A stretch of 64,000 nucleotides of DNA, taken from Armatimonadota bacterium (GTDB lineage: Bacteria > Armatimonadota > Fimbriimonadia > Fimbriimonadales > GBS-DC). The translations under genes and the position numbers were made by a program. The stretch lies in the NCBI GenBank assembly GCA_037444405.1, contig JBBIML010000014.1, forward strand, positions 1-64,000, in the 5' to 3' direction. This document shows, in pieces, positions 52,947-64,000 of the stretch. Every line of letters starts with the position of its first letter. The first letter of the stretch is position 1. The notes below the pieces were generated by a model that searched no databases, had not been told where the DNA came from, and was given only the letters and a program-made list of their open reading frames with translations.

Positions 52947-54200
52947 TTAGCATCCACTTCCAAAGTTAAACAGCACAATCAGCAGGTCGGCGTCGTCGAC
53001 GGTGCCGTCGCAGTTGACATCCACACGCCCCAGATTGGAGCCGCTGTTGCCGAACGCGAACAGCACTGCCAGCAGGTCCGCGTCGTCCACGCAGTTGTTG
53101 TTGTCCACATCGCCGTTATGCGCGGAGCACCGCGGTCCCGTGTCCAGCAGGAAAACTTCTGTTTTGCCAGTGGCGGCGTGGTAGCCATTGCCCACGATGT
53201 AGCGTCCATCGGAGGAGATGGCGGACGCCCACTCCAGCCGTGAGCCGTCGGTGAGCAGGGAGGCGTAGGTAACGTTCAGGTCTTCCATCCCCGTCTCGGT
53301 CCAGCGGAATGCTGCCCATTGGGATTGCGAACCGGGCAGGCGGTCTGACCAGCCGACGATGATGGTGCCATCATAGTTCGCATCCCAGGCTTCGCCCCAT
53401 TCGCCGCCCAGCGTGCCCAGGTCCACCATGCCGGTGGATGCGGTCCAGCGGAAGGGACGCGCCGGGGTGAAGCTCGGATCGCCCCACGCGCCGACCACCA
53501 CATTCCCGTCGCCTGACACGCCGAGCGCCTCGCTCTGCCCGAAAGCCGGGTTATGAATATCCACCATCCCTGCGGGCGTCCAGCGAAAGGCGTGGTGGAT
53601 GCCGGTCGCGTCGCCCGACCAGCCAACAACCACATTGCCGTCGTGCGAAACGGCGCGCGCCACACTTCGGATGCCGCCCGGCAGTGTGCCCAGATTCACC
53701 ATCCCATCGCTCTGCGTCCAGCGGAAGGCACGATTGAAGCCGTTGCTGAGCTGGGCAGCGCCCACAATCACCGAGCCGTCATAGTTGGCGCCCCATGCCC
53801 AGCTGGTGGCCCCGCCGAAGGTGCTAAATTGCATAAAAGTGCCGTTCTCCCAGCGGAAACCGCGATAAACGGAGCCGCTGATGAACCCGTATCCCACAAT
53901 CACTCGCCCGTCCGCCGACAGCCCCCACGCTTCAGTATCCCGCCCCGATGCGAGCGAACCGATGTTTTGCATGCCCGTGTCGGGCGTCCAGCGAAAGGCG
54001 ATATGCGTTTCGGTAACGCCTGCCCACCCGGCCACGACCGTGCCGTCGTCGGAGACGCCGTGCGCCTCCGCATAAGGCGTGCCGAAAGAGCCAAGCCAGG
54101 TGAGCGACTGCCCGAATGTAGCAGGCAGCAGCATCAACACCAGAATCCCGGCGACCAGCGGTCGCACCAATGTACCGAACCCGTTCATGCTATGTCTCAT
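52947..54200 (-). CDS. HAF-repeat propeller with C-terminal dockerin-like domain ending in GC
   Basis: AFRWT/DLGTL repeats; GDVDNNNCVDDADLL and DVNCDGTVDDADLL...FGSGC. Confidence 0.9.
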   Translation of the reverse strand: MRHSMNGFGTLVRPLVAGILVLMLLPATFGQSLTWLGSFGTPYAEAHGVSDDGTVVAGWAGVTETHIAFRWTPDTGMQNIGSLASGRDTEAWGLSADGRVIVGYGFISGSVYRGFRWENGTFMQFSTFGGATSWAWGANYDGSVIVGAAQLSNGFNRAFRWTQSDGMVNLGTLPGGIRSVARAVSHDGNVVVGWSGDATGIHHAFRWTPAGMVDIHNPAFGQSEALGVSGDGNVVVGAWGDPSFTPARPFRWTASTGMVDLGTLGGEWGEAWDANYDGTIIVGWSDRLPGSQSQWAAFRWTETGMEDLNVTYASLLTDGSRLEWASAISSDGRYIVGNGYHAATGKTEVFLLDTGPRCSAHNGDVDNNNCVDDADLLAVLFAFGNSGSNLGRVDVNCDGTVDDADLLIVLFNFGSGC

Positions 54201-54503
54201 TGTTGCTCTGTCCTCCTTATGGGTTGTCCCATCTATTATGACTCCGTGATCATCCCCCTATCGTTAACGCATCATTAACCGTAGTGGGTGGCTCCGCCTT
54301 CTTGTGGTCTGCAGGAATCGCCCTGCAGAGAGCGAACTGGCTCAGTGAGCGGTTTCGTGCGAATCGCGTTGTGAGGGAGTAGAGGGCAGGAAGGTGGGCG
54401 ACCAGCGTTGAATCTGACGGCGTGCAGGGACTGACTGGGGGTGGCAGGGAGCCGCGCGGGAAACCGCGACGCCCGAACCGAGCGTATTAAGAGGTGGCAC
54501 CCT

Positions 54504-56963
<2,460 letters not shown>

Positions 56964-56993
56964 GCAAACATCTCTTCCCCTCTGAGGCGAGGG

Positions 56994-57031
56994 TCACCCT
57001 GCCCCCTCTCCACGCTATTTGGAGAGGGGGT
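56994..57031. repeat. Intergenic BoxC-like element (module A type)
   Basis: TCACCCTGCCCCCTCTCCACGCTATTTGGAGAGGGGGT. Confidence 0.65.
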
Positions 57032-57311
57032 ACAGCGTAAAGGAGATTGTGCCACACAGACGCGACCTGCCCCAGAAAACCTGTCACAATCACCGCGGCG
57101 CAAGCCTATACCCCAATGAGAGCAGCTTCTCGGAGATATGCCAATGCGTCAGCCACTATTGTCAGAGGTCATGCAGCTAGCCCCCCTGCAGGGGGGACAG
57201 TTGCGCCCGCTCATTCACCAGATGGTGCGTCGCATCGTGCGCGACCGCGATCTGCAGGAAGACATCACTTGTGGATAACGGCAAGGTACAATAGGGGGGA
57301 GGAACAGGGCG

Positions 57312-60065
<2,754 letters not shown>

Positions 60066-60083
60066 TTTGAGGGAGCAGGAGCG

Positions 60084-60405
60084 ATGGGCACGCAAACAAA
60101 GGCAAAATCGCGAGTGCAGTCTCGCCAGGAGGTGTTGCAGCACCTGCGAGATGCAATCCCCACCTTGCGCGAGCGCTACGGGGTGAAGCGGTTGGCTCTG
60201 TATGGCTCATTTGCAGAAGATAAGCCCCACGCTCGCAGTGATGTGGATCTGGTGGTGGAGCTGGAACACCCGTTGGGATGGGACTTTGTGGCAATGGCAC
60301 AGTTTCTGAAGCAGCTATGAAGAGGTATATAAGATTGTCGTTGAAAAATTAGAGCCTTTGCGAAGGGAGATAGAACGGATTATTCAAACGGAGCAAAATC
60401 TGTAG
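60084..60405 (+). pseudogene. Remnant of an MNT-HEPN(DUF86) toxin-antitoxin pair with an internal deletion
   Basis: MNT N-terminus (YGSFA...SDVDLVVE) stops at 60320; a different frame at 60316-60405 encodes YEEVYKIVVEKLEPLRREIERII, resembling a DUF86 C-terminal helix. Confidence 0.7.
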
Positions 60406-60432
60406 AGTGCCCGCGCCCGGTCAACAGCGTGA

Positions 60433-61737
60433 TCATTTTAGCCAGACAGGGGACGCAAGAGGAATCTGTCCCCACGGCTTGTTGCGAAACCCTTCGGGGA
60501 TGGGGCGGTGGAGAGGCAGAAGGTCGCCGCGGGGCGAGCTGGGTCGGAAATAGTCAAACCGCCCGCCGTCGTCCCGGCGGTTGACCCCCAGCGAATAGAT
60601 GAGAAAGCCGCGCTGGGGATCCACCTTATACACGAACGGCTTGCCGCTGAAGGGGTCGATCGCCATCTCGCCCAGATTGAGCGCGCTCAGCTGGTCAGGA
60701 TAGCGCCCCGTGCGCGATTTGTATAACCGAATCGCTGCAACACACCCCATCAGGCGTATCTGCGCCAGCTCGACGGCTTCCCTTTGCAAAAAGGGTACAA
60801 GCGCAGGTATCAGGATGGCGCTCAGCATATGGCGCGGCTCAAACGGCTCTTTATCGGAGCGCTGCCAGGCAGGCTTGCGGCTTTCGGCGACGGCGGCATC
60901 CGCCCATGCCTCCACTTCGGGCACGGCAAGGCGCACAAACGGGCGCAGAAACCAGCTGGGTATATCGTCACGGGTTGAGGAAGGGTCAGAAGAGGTTGTT
61001 GTCAGCTCACTCCACTGCAGGTTGCCTTCGGCAAGGGCTTTCATCGTGGCGCGAAGGAAATAGCGCTCGTTCTGGATTGGAACGGAGGGAGATGGGCGCT
61101 GTTGCTCCCAGCGGCGCACCGTTTCTACCATTTGCTTCAGCGCGGTCGGTTCATCGAGCGCGTTCGGCGACTCAAAGAATGGGCGTAGAGCAATTGTGGT
61201 CATCGCGATGCCTACAAGATAGTGAATCGTTCCTCCATCGTTGCGAATCTGGTTGCCCAGCGTGAGGACGCGGCGAAGGCGTTCCACCGCCTGTTTGTCC
61301 CGCCCGCGAGCCAGATTCTCACCCATAAGGAGCGATTCGGCGCGTGCCAGCTCGCGGAACCCAATCAATTCGGGAAAGGTGATTCGGGGGTCATACTCCC
61401 AGATAGCGACGCAGGGCTGGTCGAGGTGGCGGGGATAGGCTTTGAGGTAAGGCTCCATTATCTGCAGATAAGCTTGTCGTTCTGCAGGGGTTAACGATGG
61501 CGGCTGTCTGCCAATCTTTTTGGTCAGCTGTTCGAAGTAAGCATCGTGTTGCCGCTGCTGCTGGATAGCTATCCCGATGCGGCGCAGCGGCTCGTAGGCG
61601 TTGCCGGGCGGGTAGCGTCGGGGCGGCACCTGCAGCTGAGGCGGAGTAAAGAGCCACATCAGCCCTGTGCATGCCCCGATGCACACCAGCCCGATCACTA
61701 TGCCAAACCCGATCAATACCTTCGCCGTGCGGGACAT
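60433..61737 (-). CDS. Membrane-anchored hypothetical protein with a pseudopilin(GspG)-like C-terminal motif
   Basis: N-terminal TM segment; G.YP..L..L....DPFSGKPF.Y...YS.G.N..DDGG. Confidence 0.7.
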   Translation of the reverse strand: MSRTAKVLIGFGIVIGLVCIGACTGLMWLFTPPQLQVPPRRYPPGNAYEPLRRIGIAIQQQRQHDAYFEQLTKKIGRQPPSLTPAERQAYLQIMEPYLKAYPRHLDQPCVAIWEYDPRITFPELIGFRELARAESLLMGENLARGRDKQAVERLRRVLTLGNQIRNDGGTIHYLVGIAMTTIALRPFFESPNALDEPTALKQMVETVRRWEQQRPSPSVPIQNERYFLRATMKALAEGNLQWSELTTTSSDPSSTRDDIPSWFLRPFVRLAVPEVEAWADAAVAESRKPAWQRSDKEPFEPRHMLSAILIPALVPFLQREAVELAQIRLMGCVAAIRLYKSRTGRYPDQLSALNLGEMAIDPFSGKPFVYKVDPQRGFLIYSLGVNRRDDGGRFDYFRPSSPRGDLLPLHRPIPEGFRNKPWGQIPLASPVWLK

Positions 61738-61829
61738 AATCGGCAACCGATCAAGAGAATACCTGCTGCTTTGCGAGCAGAGTCTGAAAGTGCTGGCAGG
61801 TCATGGGGCTTCGGGTACAATCTCGCGCG

Positions 61830-62996
61830 ATGGCGTTTCGGGTCTTTTGCGGGCAGCTCATCACCGATGGGCAACTCTATCGGGATGTGGCGCTGCTCAT
61901 CGATAAAGGGCGTGTGGTGGCGTGGGAATCCTTTAATAATAGGGGCGACCTGCGCATCGAGCCGCCCGATGTGGATGCGCGTGCCTGCGCCGTGCTGCCA
62001 GGCATGATCGATATTCACATTCACGGTGGGGGCGGGCGCGACCTGATGGAGGGCACTGTCGAGGCGGTGCAGGCGGTTGCCCGCCATCTTGCCCGCTACG
62101 GCGTAACGGGCTTTCTGGTGACGCCGCTGACGGGTCCGTGGGAGGCGATTCGGGCGACGATTCGCGCCGCGCAACAGGTGCGCCAGCACGGTTCCGATGG
62201 CGCCCAGGTGCTGGGCTGCCATGTGGAGGGTCCCTTTATCAATCCTGCACGGGCGGGCGCACAGCCACCTGAATATATCCGCCCTGCCAGCGTCGCCGAG
62301 CTGGAGCGCGAGCTGGGCACGCTGCTGGAGGAGGTGCGCATCGTGACACTGGCGCCCGAGATCGAAGGTGGCTACGAGCTGACCCGCTACCTGGCGAATC
62401 AGGGCGTGATTGTGTCTATCGGGCACACCGACGCCCGCTATGAAGAGGTCACCCGCGCGATTGATCTGGGCGCCCGTCACGCCACGCATTGCTACAACGC
62501 CATGCGCCCGTTCCAGCATCGGGAGCCGGGCACGGTGGGCGCGGTGCTGACCCATCCCGAACTGAAAGCCGAACTCATCTGGGACAACATCCACACGCAT
62601 CCTGCCGTTGCCCGCCTGCTGGTTCAGGCGAAGGGCGTGGAGGGCGTCATCTGCATCTCGGATGGCACCACGGGCGTCGGCATGCCCGACGGCTATCGGT
62701 TCGAGCTGTGGGGGCACGCGGCGGTGGTGCAGGGAGGCGCGGCGCGCCTTATCGAGAACGGCTCGCTGGCGGGCAGCACTATCGCGATGGATGCCTGCCT
62801 GCGCCATTGCGCCCAAACTTTTAGCCTTGCCGTCGCCTCGATGCTCTGCTGTGCGAACCCGGCGCGGGCGCTGGGGCTGGAAGGACGCAAGGGCACCCTG
62901 CGCCCCGGCGCCGACGCCGACCTCTGCCTCTGGAATCCCGAGCGCCAGCAGGTGGAAAGCACCTACATCGGCGGGCAACGGCAGGAATCTCTGTGA
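61830..62996 (+). CDS. nagA: N-acetylglucosamine-6-phosphate deacetylase
   Basis: PG.IDIHIHG, H.EGPFI, TLAPE, GHTDA, TH.YNAM, LAGS. Confidence 0.95.
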   Translation: MAFRVFCGQLITDGQLYRDVALLIDKGRVVAWESFNNRGDLRIEPPDVDARACAVLPGMIDIHIHGGGGRDLMEGTVEAVQAVARHLARYGVTGFLVTPLTGPWEAIRATIRAAQQVRQHGSDGAQVLGCHVEGPFINPARAGAQPPEYIRPASVAELERELGTLLEEVRIVTLAPEIEGGYELTRYLANQGVIVSIGHTDARYEEVTRAIDLGARHATHCYNAMRPFQHREPGTVGAVLTHPELKAELIWDNIHTHPAVARLLVQAKGVEGVICISDGTTGVGMPDGYRFELWGHAAVVQGGAARLIENGSLAGSTIAMDACLRHCAQTFSLAVASMLCCANPARALGLEGRKGTLRPGADADLCLWNPERQQVESTYIGGQRQESL

Positions 62997-63179
62997 AAGC
63001 GTCGAATAACCTGTAGGGCAGGTAATCGAGCCGTTGGGCAGAGCTGGAGCGCCGCTCGCAAGGAGAGAAAAGCCTCTCCGTGCGTGCGCGTTTTGTCGGC
63101 GCCTGCCCCCAAACGGCAGGAATCGCGAATCGGACAGCGAATCATATCCAGATGCACTCTACGAGGAGGTTAGTGAGCG

Positions 63180-64000
63180 ATGTGGTACGACGAGCCAGTG
63201 GACGAGCAGCGACCGGACACGACCAGTACCGACGGGTATCCGGAACCGGGTGATACGGACGCGATGAACGCGCCAGAGGGCGCGGCGAGCGAGGCGACAC
63301 CGCCTGCCGCCGGGGCGCCCGCTGACAACTCTGCTGACGCCGAATCGCCGGTGCCAGCCGCGACCAGCGAGGAAGAGGTCTCGATGGAGGAAGCCCTCGA
63401 ACAGAGCTTTCGCTCGTTTGAGCAGGGCGAGATCGTGCGGGCAACAGTGGTGCAGGTCGACCGTGAGGGCGCATTAGTCGATGTGGGCACCAAGACGGAG
63501 GTCAAAATCCCGCTCTCGGAGCTATCGGGCGAGCAGGTCAGCTCTGCCGAGGAGGTAGTGCAGGTCGGCGACGAGATCGAGGTGATGGTGGTGCGCCCGC
63601 GCGGTGAAGAGGGCGCACCCGTGCTGTCCAAGCGACTCGCCGACTTCGAACGCCTCTGGCAGAGCATCGTGGACGCCTACGAGAAGGGAGAAACGCTGGA
63701 GGCGATGGTCACCGAACGGGTCAAAGGCGGTGTGGTGGTCGATATCGGCATCCGCTGTTTTGTGCCCGCCAGCCTGATTGCCCGCAAACTGCCGCCCCAG
63801 CAACTGGATCGGCTCATCGGCGAGACCTTGCCCATCAAGATTATCGATCTGGATTACGAGCGTCGCAAGGCGGTGGCGTCGAATGTGGCGGCGGAGGAGG
63901 AGCGGCGACGCCAGCGCGATGCCGAAGAGCGTGCCCGCCGCGAGCAGATTTTCAACCAGCTGCGGGTCGGACAACGGCTCACAGGCAGGGTCAAGCGGTT
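63180..64000 (+). CDS. rpsA: 30S ribosomal protein S1 (3'-truncated) with acidic N-terminal extension
   Basis: Manual translation: GEIVRATVVQVDREGALVDVGTK, VKGGVVVDIG...FVPAS (tandem S1 domains); GAGGAGG RBS. Confidence 0.88.
   Translation, partial: MWYDEPVDEQRPDTTSTDGYPEPGDTDAMNAPEGAASEATPPAAGAPADNSADAESPVPAATSEEEVSMEEALEQSFRSFEQGEIVRATVVQVDREGALVDVGTKTEVKIPLSELSGEQVSSAEEVVQVGDEIEVMVVRPRGEEGAPVLSKRLADFERLWQSIVDAYEKGETLEAMVTERVKGGVVVDIGIRCFVPASLIARKLPPQQLDRLIGETLPIKIIDLDYERRKAVASNVAAEEERRRQRDAEERARREQIFNQLRVGQRLTGRVKR

Overview
GC-rich bacterial chromosomal window. Gene content (PEP-CTERM proteins, a dockerin-like C-terminal domain ending in GC, prepilin/H-X9-DG proteins, HEAT and BTAD proteins) suggests Armatimonadota; this is inference. 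Most genes are housekeeping: tdk, aroA, aceB-aceA, nuoB-nuoI, plsC, eno-pyk, murB, rpmB, pth, tal/fsa, tatD, dgt, apt, dut, lon, acnA, nagA, rpsA, plus six tRNAs. Small accessory inserts are a low-GC type II R-M pair, a wHTH-nuclease, a DUF6922/AbiEii-like pair and a deleted MNT-HEPN remnant. The most striking observation is a two-module palindromic repeat (BoxC-like) present as near-identical in-frame insertions inside both pyruvate kinase and a UvrD/AddA-like helicase, with related intergenic copies. Other leads: two convergent candidate small RNAs between tRNA-Gln and tatD (one with three anti-Shine-Dalgarno motifs behind a sigma28-like promoter), a pseudopilin locus with two microproteins sharing a GYYxGPMxPK motif, paralogous propellers that swap PEP-CTERM for a dockerin-like tail, and apparent strong GGCC/ACGT avoidance. 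All calls were made by reading the sequence; no searches or counts were run.
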